A stretch of 64,000 bases of DNA from Gammaproteobacteria bacterium (GTDB taxonomy: Bacteria; Pseudomonadota; Gammaproteobacteria; HK1): positions 1,581,518 through 1,645,517 of the forward strand of contig OZ244045.1 of the NCBI GenBank assembly GCA_965215295.1, read 5' to 3'. The notes below the pieces were generated by a model. That model was given only the letters and a program-made list of their open reading frames with translations. It was not told the origin of the DNA and made no database searches. A program made the translations under genes and the position numbers. Below are positions 29,058-38,006 of the stretch, piece by piece (within the stretch, counting starts at the first letter, position 1; each line of letters opens with the position of its first letter).

Positions 29058-30169
29058 CGAGCGGACCCGAGCAGGGGAATTTCGTCAGCGAGTGGTTTGG
29101 CTATCGCACGTATCCGCTCGTCCATGGAAGCGCCACTGCACTCCAGGCCCGGAGAGACGGACAGTGTCCCTTTCTCTCGGCCGTCACGCGCAACCCTCGG
29201 GTCTGCGTAAAGGCTCCGTCTTCCTCCGGCGTATGCACGATCAACAACGCCAGCAACGGCAGCCGGCAGGATTGGCTCGTCTGTCCGTATCGGGCACTCG
29301 ATCCGGATCTGGTCGAAGAGGTCGTGCGTCGTCTCTTCGAAGCAGAGCCGCGTCAATCCGTAACGGTTACTCCCGCACCCGCCATTACCGAACAAGCCAC
29401 CAGGACCGAACTCCTCAATCAAGCGCAAGGCGGCGCGCTGACGGTCGTCTATCTCCAGAACAAGCTCGGTGGCGAAATCTCCGTGAATGCAACGGCACGC
29501 TCTCCGCAACTGTCCTTTGACATTACGTTCGTGGAGCTGACGCCTGCCGGCAACGGTAGCGTCGGCATCGGACGTTTTGGTGTCCTGGAAATCCAGACGA
29601 TGGATTTCCACGGCTCGTACCGCCACGCCGTGAAGAATCTCCAGGATTCGTTGCGTCTTCACGGACCTGGTTTCGCAGATACTTTGCAGAAGAACCAACG
29701 GTGGCTGGCTGAACGAGTCGAGGGTCCCAACATCGCAAACGTGTTCAAGCGCACGTTCTACCAGATGATGCTCAAGTTTCAGCTTGGCATGCACCCGCGC
29801 TCGATCGGTACGTCACTCGCCATTCCGCAATCTGTCTGGGACAGTTGGCAACCCCACCTTGGCCGGCCTGACCTCGTTTCACGCGGCGACGGCACATATG
29901 CGCTACAACATCCCGACACAGGTGACGCTGGCGTCCGTGCATGGATCTACGTCTTCGACATCGACACGAGGTCTGCCATGCACCCAAGTCCGATCGTGGT
30001 CCGGCGGACGATCGCGACGGACGCCGCGTCGGTCGCGCGCTACGCACTGGAGGAAGTGCCGAGCCATGCTTTCTCGAACCCCGAAGCCGCCGGCACCGTC
30101 GTGGCAGCCATCCATCGGCGGCTGTCGGAGTGGTGGCCGGAGCTGGCCCTGGAATCTCCCAAGTCCTGA
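29054..30169 (+). CDS. type II restriction endonuclease, NotI family
   Basis: 371 aa. Four-Cys N-terminal motif (CPFLSA...CVKA...GVCTI...WLVCPYRALD), VLEIQTMDFHGSYRHAV and GPNIANVFKRTFYQM match my recollection of R.NotI. ATGA-coupled to the methyltransferase. Confidence 0.75.
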   Translation: MTSGPEQGNFVSEWFGYRTYPLVHGSATALQARRDGQCPFLSAVTRNPRVCVKAPSSSGVCTINNASNGSRQDWLVCPYRALDPDLVEEVVRRLFEAEPRQSVTVTPAPAITEQATRTELLNQAQGGALTVVYLQNKLGGEISVNATARSPQLSFDITFVELTPAGNGSVGIGRFGVLEIQTMDFHGSYRHAVKNLQDSLRLHGPGFADTLQKNQRWLAERVEGPNIANVFKRTFYQMMLKFQLGMHPRSIGTSLAIPQSVWDSWQPHLGRPDLVSRGDGTYALQHPDTGDAGVRAWIYVFDIDTRSAMHPSPIVVRRTIATDAASVARYALEEVPSHAFSNPEAAGTVVAAIHRRLSEWWPELALESPKS

Positions 30170-30352
30170 ATTTCGTGAAAACCCATGCGCAAGGCGCCCC
30201 TCTCCTGGCTCTGCAACAGAAGCCGATACAGCCCATGAAGCTTGACCGATCTGCATCCCCGGACCATCGACCGACACCCTCTTCGGACTTCAACGAACCT
30301 CGATGGGCTGGAAGGCAAGGCGTCGAAGATGCCGAAATTCCAAGGTGACCTG

Positions 30353-31336
30353 ATGAATGTCGAGGTCGGTATCGTGATGGACCCCATCGGCTCCATCATC
30401 GTGAAGAAGGACACCACGCTCGCGATGATGCTGGCCGCGCAACGCCGCGGCTGGGAGCTCCGGTACATGGAGCTCGGCGACCTGTTCGTCCGCGACGGGC
30501 ACGCCCACGCCCGGATGCGCCCGATCGAGGTGCGTGACGACCCGGCCGACTGGTACACCCTGGGCGAGCCCGCCACCGGACCGCTGGGCTCGCTCGACGT
30601 CATCCTGATGCGCAAGGACCCGCCGTTCGACATGGAGTTCGTGTACGCGACCTACATTCTGGAGCGGGCGGAAGCGGCCGGGGCGCTCGTGGTCAACAAG
30701 CCGCAGAGTCTGCGCGACGCCAACGAGAAGATGTTCACCGCCTGGTTCCCGCAGTGCTGCCCGCCCACCTTGGTGACGCGCGAACATGCGCGGATGGACG
30801 CTTTCCTCGAAGCGCACGGCGACATCATCGTCAAGCCGCTCGACGGCATGGGCGGCGTGTCGATCTTCCGGGTGCGCGCGGGCGACCCGAACGTGAACGT
30901 CGTCTTCGAGACCCTGACCGGGAAACAGACTCGCTATGCGATGTGCCAGCGCTACATCCCGGAGATCCGCGACGGCGACAAGCGGGTGCTGCTGATCGAG
31001 GGGGAGCCCGTCGACCATGCGCTCGCGAGAGTCCCCGCGGGCGGCGACCCCCGCGGCAACCTCGCGGCCGGGGCCCGGGGGGTGGGGGTGGTGACCACGA
31101 CGCGGATGCGCGCCATCGCGAACGAAGTGGGCCCGGTGCTGCGCGAGAAGGGCATCGTCTTCGCGGGGCTCGACATCATTGGCGACTACCTCACGGAGAT
31201 CAACGTCACCAGTCCGACATGTGTTCGCGAGCTCGACGCCGCGTTCGGGGTCGACATCGCCGGCAAGCTCATGAACGCCATCGAGGCGCGGCTTGCCGAC
31301 CGCCGGAACGCGAGCATCGCCACGACCGCTTCCTGA
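30353..31336 (+). CDS. gshB: glutathione synthetase
   Basis: Collinear with E. coli GshB from MxxxxGIVMDPI through LTEINVTSPTC to AIEARL. 327 aa. Confidence 0.95.
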   Translation: MNVEVGIVMDPIGSIIVKKDTTLAMMLAAQRRGWELRYMELGDLFVRDGHAHARMRPIEVRDDPADWYTLGEPATGPLGSLDVILMRKDPPFDMEFVYATYILERAEAAGALVVNKPQSLRDANEKMFTAWFPQCCPPTLVTREHARMDAFLEAHGDIIVKPLDGMGGVSIFRVRAGDPNVNVVFETLTGKQTRYAMCQRYIPEIRDGDKRVLLIEGEPVDHALARVPAGGDPRGNLAAGARGVGVVTTTRMRAIANEVGPVLREKGIVFAGLDIIGDYLTEINVTSPTCVRELDAAFGVDIAGKLMNAIEARLADRRNASIATTAS

Positions 31337-31660
31337 ACCTCCCGTGAGCATCAAGGCGCGGCTTGCCGACCGCCGGGACACGGGCATCGCCACGACCGCT
31401 TCCTGAACCTCCGTGAGCATCGAGGCGCGGCTTGCCGCCCGCCGAGACGCGAGTATCGCCACGACCGCTTCCTGAACCTCCGTGAGCATCGAGGCGCGGC
31501 TTGTCGACCGCCGGAACGCGAGCATCGCCACGACCGCTTCCTGAACCTCCGTGCGCATCGAGGCGCGGCTTGCCGACCGCCGAGACGCGGGTATCGCCAC
31601 GACCGCTTCCTGAACCTCCGTGAGCATCGAGGCGCGGCTTGCCGACCGCCGGGACGCGAG
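31279..31660. repeat. 69-bp tandem array (5.5 copies) that repeats the last 19 codons plus the stop codon of gshB
   Basis: Unit starts at 31279, 31349, 31418, 31487, 31556 and 31625 (partial). Each full unit keeps ...CCACGACCGCTTCCTGA. Copies differ by a few substitutions. Confidence 0.95.
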
Positions 31661-31711
31661 GGCGAGGGCCCTCTCCCGCAACCGCCCGGGACCCGATCCC
31701 GCCGCCGGGGT

Positions 31712-31865
31712 TCGGACCGCCACCGCACCGCCATGCGGCCCGCACGGTCCACGCGGCCGGACACCGCGTCCAGGCAGGGGTCCGGACCGCCACCGCACCA
31801 CCATGCGGCCCGCACGGCGGGGGTGGCCGCCGTATACTCGAACGACGAAATACTCGAACGACGAA
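31712..31865. repeat. further short tandem duplications in the gshB-tonB spacer
   Basis: GGACCGCCACCGCACC(G/A)CCATGCGGCCCGCACGG at about 31714 and 31783 (period 69). ATACTCGAACGACGAA x2 at 31834-31865. Confidence 0.6.
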
Positions 31866-31888
31866 CGGCGAGCCGCCCGGACACCGCG

Positions 31889-32800
31889 TTGCATGCGTCC
31901 ACCACCCGTCCCGACATCTCGCCGGCCGATCGGCTCGGCGTCACGGTCTTCTTCGCGGTCCTCGCCCACCTGATCGTCATGCTCGGCGTGACGTTCACGC
32001 AGGAGGATCGTCCCGAACGCCACGCCACGACGCTCGATGTCGTGCTGGTTCCGCCGGACGCCGCGGCGGTGCCCGAACAGCCCGACCACATGGCCCGGGC
32101 AAATCGGGACGGCGGCGGCGACGACGCCGAAAGGGTGCGGCCCAAGGCTCCGCCGCCGGCGCCGGCCGCCTCCATCGAACCGTCCATGGCCGCGATGCCC
32201 GCCGAGAACGAGACGGCGGCGTCCGGCGCGTCGGCCGTCGAATCGCGACCCGCATCGCGACCCGCCCGGCCGGCGGTGGCGCCGGCGCCCGCACCCACGA
32301 CCGCGACCGTCGCGGAGGACGGCCCGGCCGCTCCCCCTCTCCCCGCGCGCGACCCCGGCGCCGCCCCGCCGGCGGGCCGCAGCGCCACGCTCGCCGCGCT
32401 CGGCGCGGAGCTCGAACGCAAGCTGCGGGAGTACCCCCGGAGGCCGCGCAGAAAGTGGATATCGGCGCGCACCCGAGAGCACAGGTTCGCCGCCTACATG
32501 GACGCATGGCGGCGCAAGGTCGAACGAGTCGGCAACCTGAACTATCCCGACGAGGCGGTGCGGCGCGGGCTCTCCGGCAGCCTGCTCCTCGAAGTCGCCC
32601 TCAACCCGGACGGCACCGTCCGCGACATCGTGCTGCGGCGCTCGTCGGGCCGGCGGGTGCTCGACGACGCCGCGGTGCGCACCGTGCGGCTCGCGGCGCC
32701 GTTCGCGAAGTTCCCGGAAGACTTCGCCGGCGAGGTGGACGTCCTGCATGTCGAACGCACCTGGATCTTCCACTCGGGCAACCGGCTCACGACCCCCTGA
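31889..32800 (+). CDS. TonB C-terminal domain protein (energy transducer TonB family)
   Basis: N-terminal TM helix (VFFAVLAHLIVMLGV), Pro/Ala-rich linker, C-terminal YPDEAVRRGLSGSLLLEVALNPDGTV...SSGRRVLDDAAV. Start uncertain: in-frame TTG 31889 or ATG 31733 inside repeats. Confidence 0.7.
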   Translation: MHASTTRPDISPADRLGVTVFFAVLAHLIVMLGVTFTQEDRPERHATTLDVVLVPPDAAAVPEQPDHMARANRDGGGDDAERVRPKAPPPAPAASIEPSMAAMPAENETAASGASAVESRPASRPARPAVAPAPAPTTATVAEDGPAAPPLPARDPGAAPPAGRSATLAALGAELERKLREYPRRPRRKWISARTREHRFAAYMDAWRRKVERVGNLNYPDEAVRRGLSGSLLLEVALNPDGTVRDIVLRRSSGRRVLDDAAVRTVRLAAPFAKFPEDFAGEVDVLHVERTWIFHSGNRLTTP

Positions 32801-32994
32801 ACGGACGACGACGGCCGCCGCCGGGCATTGGCCCGGGAACACCGCTCGCCACGCGGCGGCGCAACACGACGGGCGATGCGCGTCGGCGGAGACCGGCCGG
32901 CCGCGCGCCCCTCCCCCAGGCCGGCGGCGCCGGAGTCGTACCCGGTGGGCCCGGGGCCGCCGCGGCGCTTGTCGCAACCGCGCACCCTGCGATA

Positions 32995-33555
32995 ATGACC
33001 CGCATGGATCTGACCAACCAGTTCCTCATCGCGATGCCGAGCCTCGCCGATCCGAACTTTCATCGGACCGTGACCCTGATGTGCGCACACAGCGAGGACG
33101 GTGCGATGGGCATCGTCATCAACCGGCCGCTCGACATCAGCCTCACCTCGGTGCTCGACCACATGAGCATCGAGACGACCTCGACCGACACCGACCGGAT
33201 TCCGGTGCTCCAGGGCGGTCCGGTGCAGCGCGAGCGCGGATTCGTCATCCACCACCCGCCGGGAAATTGGGACTCGGTGCTCCGGATCGGGGACGAAATC
33301 GGCATCGCGACATCGAAGGACATTCTCTCGGCGGTGGCCGAAGGCCGCGGTCCGGAACGGGTCGCCATCGCGCTGGGCTACGCGGGCTGGGGGGCGGGGC
33401 AGCTCGAGCGCGAGGTGCAGCAGAACGCGTGGCTGAGCGGTCCGGCGGACTCGCGCATCATCTTCGACACCCCCTACGAAGACCGGTGGACGTCGGCGGC
33501 GCGCCTGCTCGGAATCGATCCCCACCAGTTGTCCGGCGAGGCGGGCCACGCGTGA
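32995..33555 (+). CDS. yqgE: YqgE/AlgH family protein
   Basis: MTRMDLTNQFLIAMPSLADPNFHRTVTLMCAHSEDGAMGIVINRP is the family signature. Lies downstream of gshB-tonB, as in pseudomonads. Confidence 0.9.
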   Translation: MTRMDLTNQFLIAMPSLADPNFHRTVTLMCAHSEDGAMGIVINRPLDISLTSVLDHMSIETTSTDTDRIPVLQGGPVQRERGFVIHHPPGNWDSVLRIGDEIGIATSKDILSAVAEGRGPERVAIALGYAGWGAGQLEREVQQNAWLSGPADSRIIFDTPYEDRWTSAARLLGIDPHQLSGEAGHA

Positions 33556-33703
33556 GCGTGGCGCCCGCCAGGTGCCGCCGCCCCGCCGGGCGCCCGGCCC
33601 GTGCAGAGGAGCGCGCCGGCGGCCCGCCGGTGGTTGCCGTCCCGCCCCGGGCGCTTCCGGTCACATTCCCTCTCCTACCCACATCGGACAAGGACTCGAT
33701 GCA

Positions 33704-33994
33704 ATGAGCAGGATTTGCCTGGTCGTCGATTTCACGGTCAAGCCGGGAGCGAAGGCGCAGTTCCTCGACCTCATCCGGGAGCACGCGTCGAAGACGCTCG
33801 CGCACGAGGAAGGATGCCTCCAGTTCGAGGTATGCGACCCGGTGGAAGGCGAACACCGCGTCTTCCTCTACGAGATGTACGCCGACGACGCCGCGTTCGA
33901 GGTCCACAAGGCGTCGCCGATCCTCGCCCGGACCCGCGCACGCTACGCGGACGTCGTCGAGTCGCGCGACATCCACGTCTGCCGCGTCCTGTAG
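33704..33994 (+). CDS. antibiotic biosynthesis monooxygenase (ABM) domain protein
   Basis: 96 aa with the ferredoxin-like ABM pattern (FLYEMYADDAAFEVHKASP). Confidence 0.7.
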   Translation: MSRICLVVDFTVKPGAKAQFLDLIREHASKTLAHEEGCLQFEVCDPVEGEHRVFLYEMYADDAAFEVHKASPILARTRARYADVVESRDIHVCRVL

Positions 33995-34009
33995 GCAGGG
34001 AGGCCGGCC

Positions 34010-34624
34010 ATGATCACACTCTACGGCTCACCGATTTCGGGCAACGCCTACAAGGCGAGACTGCTCCTCGGCCTCCTCGGGCTCGAGTTCGAGGAGACCG
34101 TCATCGATCTGCAGGCCGGGGAGAACCGGACCGCGGCGTTCCTTGCGCTGAACCCGCGCGGACAGATTCCGACCCTGGTCGACGGCGGGGTCACGGTCTG
34201 GGACTCGCAGGCGATCCTCGTCTACCTCGCCCGGCGCTACGGCGAGGCGTGGCTGCCGGTCGCGCCGGCCGCCATGGCCGAGGTGATGCAGTGGCTCGCG
34301 GTGTCGGAGAACGAGCTCCTGTTCGGTCTCGCCCGCGCCCGCGCGGCCAAGTACTTCGGGCGCGACTTCGACCTCCCGTCCTGCCAGACGTACGGACACG
34401 CCGGGCTGAAGGTGCTGGAGCAGCGGCTCGGCGAGCATCGGTGGCTCGCGGCCGGCAGGCCCACGATCGCCGATGTCGCCTGCATGCCCTATGTCGCGCT
34501 TTCCCACATGGGCGGCATCCCGCTCGACGACTATCCGGCCGTCCGCGCATGGGTCGATCGCGTCCGCGCGTTGCCGGGCTTCATCGCGATGGAGGGGATC
34601 CGAGAGCCGGCTCGGGGAGCATGA
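34010..34624 (+). CDS. glutathione S-transferase
   Basis: 204 aa. N-terminal GST fold (LNPRGQIPTLVDGGVTVWDSQAILVYL). ATG after GGGAGG. Confidence 0.85.
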   Translation: MITLYGSPISGNAYKARLLLGLLGLEFEETVIDLQAGENRTAAFLALNPRGQIPTLVDGGVTVWDSQAILVYLARRYGEAWLPVAPAAMAEVMQWLAVSENELLFGLARARAAKYFGRDFDLPSCQTYGHAGLKVLEQRLGEHRWLAAGRPTIADVACMPYVALSHMGGIPLDDYPAVRAWVDRVRALPGFIAMEGIREPARGA

Positions 34625-34625
34625 C

Positions 34626-34674
34626 GCGCCCCGGACTCCTCGACTCCTCGGCCCGCCTCGCCGAGCCGGGGCGC
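34626..34674. terminator. candidate bidirectional hairpin between convergent GST and CoA-ligase genes
   Basis: GCGCCCCGG (34626-34634) pairs with CCGGGGCGC (34666-34674). Inner stem CTCGGC/GCCGAG. No clear U-tract. Confidence 0.3.
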
Positions 34675-34678
34675 AGTC

Positions 34679-36454
34679 TCACCGGCCCTGTCCCCGGAGC
34701 CTGAACCGCTGGATCTTGCCGGTGGCGGTCTTCGGGAGTGCGCCGGCGAACTCGATCCAGCGCGGGTACTTGAACGGCGCGAGCCGGTCCTTGACGAACT
34801 CCCGGAGCGCGGCGGCGAGCTCCGCATCCGCCTCGACACCCTCGCGGGGTACGACGAACGCCTTCGGCTTGATCAGGCCCCGCTCGTCCTCGGCCGCGAC
34901 CACCGCCGCCTCGAGCACCGCCTCGTGCGCAAGCAGGGCGGACTCCACCTCGAAGGGCGACACCCACTGTCCGCTCACCTTGAGCATGTCGTCGGTGCGC
35001 CCGCAGTAGCGGTAGTAGCCTTCCTCGTCGACGACGTACTTGTCCCCGGTGCGGGTCCAGGGCCCGTGGAAGGTGGCGAGCGACTTCTCCCGCTGGTTCC
35101 AGTACGCGACCGCCGACGAGTCGCCGCTCACCCACAGCTCCCCGATCTCGCCCGGCGCGGCGGGCTCGCCGGTCTCGGCCACCACCTTGAGCCGATACCC
35201 CGGCACCGCCTTGCCCGAAGTACCGTAGCGCACGTCGCCCTCGCGGTTGGAGAGGAAGATGTGCAGCATCTCGGTCGAACCGAGCCCGTCGAGGACGGGG
35301 GCGCCGAAGCGCTCTTCCCATCCGGAGCCGATCTCCGCCGGCAACGCCTCGCCGGCCGACACCGCGAGGCGCAGTCGCGACGGCCTCCCATCACGGCCTC
35401 GCCCGCCACCGGCCGATCGTGCGTCGCTGGATGCGCCGCCATCCCGCCCTTGGGCCACGCCGCCCCCCGCTGCGGAAGCATCGCCCTGCCCGCGCGCCGC
35501 CGGGCCGTCCTCGATGCGGGGTTGCGCGAGCATCGCGCCGTAGAGCGTCGGCACGCCGTAGAAGATGGTCGGCCGGTGCTCGCGCAGGAGCGCCATCACC
35601 GCATCCGGCGTAGGGCGGCCCGCGAGGACCACCGTGGTCGCGCCGACGTAGAACGGGAAGGTCATGCCGTTGCCCAGGCCGTAGGCGAAGAAGAGCTTGG
35701 CGGCGGAGTAGACGAGGTCGTCCTCCCGGATCCCGAGGGTCGCCACGCCGTAGTGCTCGGCGGTGGCGATCAGATCGCGGTGCAGGTGCATCGAGCCCTT
35801 CGGCGCACCGGTGGAGCCCGAGGTGTAGAGCCAGAACGCGACGTCGTCGCAGGTGGTGGGCGCCGCGTCGAGGTCCGGGGACGCGGCCGCGAGCAGGTCC
35901 GCGAGTCGCGGCCGACCCGCGCGGCCGGGTGCGGCCGCGGTCTCCGGCCGGCCGGGGTTCCCGGGTCCCGCCGCGGCGGGACCTGGGCCATCGGGCCCGC
36001 TTCCCGCCGCCACGACCTGCTCCAGGTGGGGTTGATCCGCAAGCGCCGGCGCGAACCGGTCGAGCAGCGCCTCGCTCACCACCGCGATGGGCGCGCGCGA
36101 GTCGCGCAGCAGGTGGGCGTAGTCGTTCGAGGTCAGCAGCGTGTTGATCGGGACCGGCACGCACCCGGCCTTGATCGCGCCCCAGAACACCGCGGGGAAG
36201 TCGATGCCGTCGAGCATGCACATCAGCACCCGGGTCTCCGGACCCGCCCCGAGGTTGCGCAGCGCGTTGCCGGCGCGATTCACCCGCTCGGCCAGCTCGC
36301 GGTAGGTGTAGCGGCCCGCGGCGTCGATGAAGGCGGTCTTGTCCGCCCGCCCTTTTGCGAGATTGGCGTCGATGAACTCCAGCGCCGCGTTGTACTCTCG
36401 CGGCAGATCGATGGTTGCGGGCGTCGTGGAGCGATCCACTCGGGCGAGCTGCAT
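34679..36454 (-). CDS. benzoate-CoA ligase family AMP-binding enzyme
   Basis: Trimmed to ATG 36454 after GGAGAA. YTSGSTGAPKG, and GRTDDMLKVSGQWVSPFEVE is characteristic of the benzoate/4-hydroxybenzoate-CoA ligase family. Two Gly/Ala/Pro-rich insertions. Confidence 0.85.
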   Translation of the reverse strand: MQLARVDRSTTPATIDLPREYNAALEFIDANLAKGRADKTAFIDAAGRYTYRELAERVNRAGNALRNLGAGPETRVLMCMLDGIDFPAVFWGAIKAGCVPVPINTLLTSNDYAHLLRDSRAPIAVVSEALLDRFAPALADQPHLEQVVAAGSGPDGPGPAAAGPGNPGRPETAAAPGRAGRPRLADLLAAASPDLDAAPTTCDDVAFWLYTSGSTGAPKGSMHLHRDLIATAEHYGVATLGIREDDLVYSAAKLFFAYGLGNGMTFPFYVGATTVVLAGRPTPDAVMALLREHRPTIFYGVPTLYGAMLAQPRIEDGPAARGQGDASAAGGGVAQGRDGGASSDARSAGGGRGRDGRPSRLRLAVSAGEALPAEIGSGWEERFGAPVLDGLGSTEMLHIFLSNREGDVRYGTSGKAVPGYRLKVVAETGEPAAPGEIGELWVSGDSSAVAYWNQREKSLATFHGPWTRTGDKYVVDEEGYYRYCGRTDDMLKVSGQWVSPFEVESALLAHEAVLEAAVVAAEDERGLIKPKAFVVPREGVEADAELAAALREFVKDRLAPFKYPRWIEFAGALPKTATGKIQRFRLRGQGR

Positions 36455-36684
36455 CGGGCCGTTCTCCGTCGAGAGCCGGGTCGGGTCGGCACCCGTATTT
36501 CTACCACCTGGAGCCCGTTCCCGCCCATCTCGCGCGGGCACCGCTCCGGGACCCCTGCCCCGCATGGACCGGACCGGGTTCCCGCTCGTCTCGCGCAGGC
36601 ACCGCTCCGGCGGGAAGCGTCCTTGGCGAGGGACCGCCGTGGCCGGACTGCCCGGCGGGATCGACGCGGCGGCGGACCATCGCG

Positions 36685-36812
36685 CTCGGGCGCCGCCGGG
36701 CAATCCACTCGGGCGCCGCCGGGCAGTCCGCTCGGGCGCCGCCGGGCAGTCCGCTCGGGCTCAGCCGGGCAATCCGCTCGGGCGCCGCTGGGCAATCCGC
36801 TCGGGCTCAGCC
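36685..36812. repeat. 23-bp tandem array (5.5 units) whose last unit carries the stop codon of the Ldh2-family gene
   Basis: CTCGGG recurs at 36685, 36708, 36731, 36754, 36777 and 36800. GCTCGGGCTCAGCC occurs twice, and the second holds the real stop at 36807-36809. Confidence 0.9.
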
Positions 36813-37829
36813 GTCGATGTACTCCCGCAACGTGGCGTACAGGGATCCCGGAATCGTGACACCTTCAGCCGGGGTGCGTTCCCGCGCCCGGTACCTGCGA
36901 TCGGACGGCAGCCGGGTTCCGTCCTGTGCCAGGACCTCGGCGAAGAGCTTCTCGGCATGGGCGAGCTGCGCGGCGCGGTCGCCGTGGCCGACGCAGCGCG
37001 CGGGGTCGATCGCCATCACGAGCTCGCCGCCGCAGGGCGCGCCGACGTTTTCGGGATCCCTCTCGCCAGCCTCGAAGCTGAACACGTCCCCGATCAGCGC
37101 GCCCGCGAGCAGCTCGACCATCAGCGCGATGGCCGCGCCCTTGTAGCCGCCGAACGGAAGCTGCGCGCCGGCCAGAGCGGTGGCGGGGTCGGTGGTGGGC
37201 GCGCCGTCCGGGCCGACCGCCCAGCCCTCGGGAAGCGGCTTCCCGTCGCGCAGGTGGATCTGGATCTCGCCGCGGGCGCTCGCGCTCGACGCCTGGTCGA
37301 AGACGAGCGGCGGCCGTCCTTCGCGAGGCCAGGCGAACGCCATCGGATTGGTGCCGTAGAGCGGCCTGATGCCGCCGGCCGGAGCGACGTACGGAAGCGC
37401 GGCGGTGAAGGCGATGGCGACGAGGCCGCGTTCGGCGAGACGCTCGACCTCGGGCCAGAGCGCCGCGACGTTGTACGCGTTCACGATGCACAGCGCCGCG
37501 ATGCCGAGCTCCCGGGCCCGTTGCTCCAGCGGGTCGGCGGCGAGCTGCAGTGCGAGAGGCGCGAAGCCGAAGTGCGCATCGGCCTGCAGTACCGCGGGGG
37601 CGAGGTCCCGGATTGTCGGCTCGGCGTCGGGCGAGACCGTCGCCGCCCCCAGGGCCTTCACGTAGAAGGGGATCCGGAACAGGCCGTGCGACGTGCACTC
37701 GTCGCGTTCCGCCGCAGTGACCGTGTCGGCGATGGCATGCGCATGCCGCTTCGAGAATCCCTTGGCGCGGAGCGCCTCCGTCGCGAGCTCGCGAACCTCT
37801 TCGAGGGTCAGGCGTATGCGGTCGTTCAC
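36807..37829 (-). CDS. Ldh2 family (type-2 malate/L-lactate dehydrogenase; Pyr2C/Pip2C reductase-like) oxidoreductase
   Basis: GTG 37829. 340 aa. TSHGLFRIPFYV, NPMAFAWP, ARGEI and LPFGGYKGAAIALMVELL match the family. Confidence 0.85.
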   Translation of the reverse strand: MNDRIRLTLEEVRELATEALRAKGFSKRHAHAIADTVTAAERDECTSHGLFRIPFYVKALGAATVSPDAEPTIRDLAPAVLQADAHFGFAPLALQLAADPLEQRARELGIAALCIVNAYNVAALWPEVERLAERGLVAIAFTAALPYVAPAGGIRPLYGTNPMAFAWPREGRPPLVFDQASSASARGEIQIHLRDGKPLPEGWAVGPDGAPTTDPATALAGAQLPFGGYKGAAIALMVELLAGALIGDVFSFEAGERDPENVGAPCGGELVMAIDPARCVGHGDRAAQLAHAEKLFAEVLAQDGTRLPSDRRYRARERTPAEGVTIPGSLYATLREYIDG

Positions 37830-38006
37830 GGCATGTCCTCGTCGTTCTCGGGGCGGTCGGGCGTTCCGTATACTGGCTGGCCACCGTCCCTGCAACCCGG
37901 CCCTGCCGCGCACGGGGAACGAACGCTTGGTCGCCCGGGATCCTGGGGGGCGCGTAGCCCGGCCCGCCGCGCACGGGGAACGAACGATGCAACGGAGACT
38001 CCCCCA

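Noticed and set aside
31279-31660. The tandem arrays (here and at 8474, 14381, 36685, 45991, 57879, 59447, 63764) as possible CRISPR arrays
   Set aside because: The units are contiguous with no unique spacers. Unit sequences derive from adjacent gene ends. No cas genes and no leader are present.
31351-32472. 373-aa minus-strand ORF, and 31269..31793(-), spanning the gshB-end repeats
   Set aside because: Their repetitive peptide (GGRQAAPRC..RFRKRSWR..) is simply the reverse-frame translation of the 69-bp array. They have no RBS and are antisense to the tonB-like gene.
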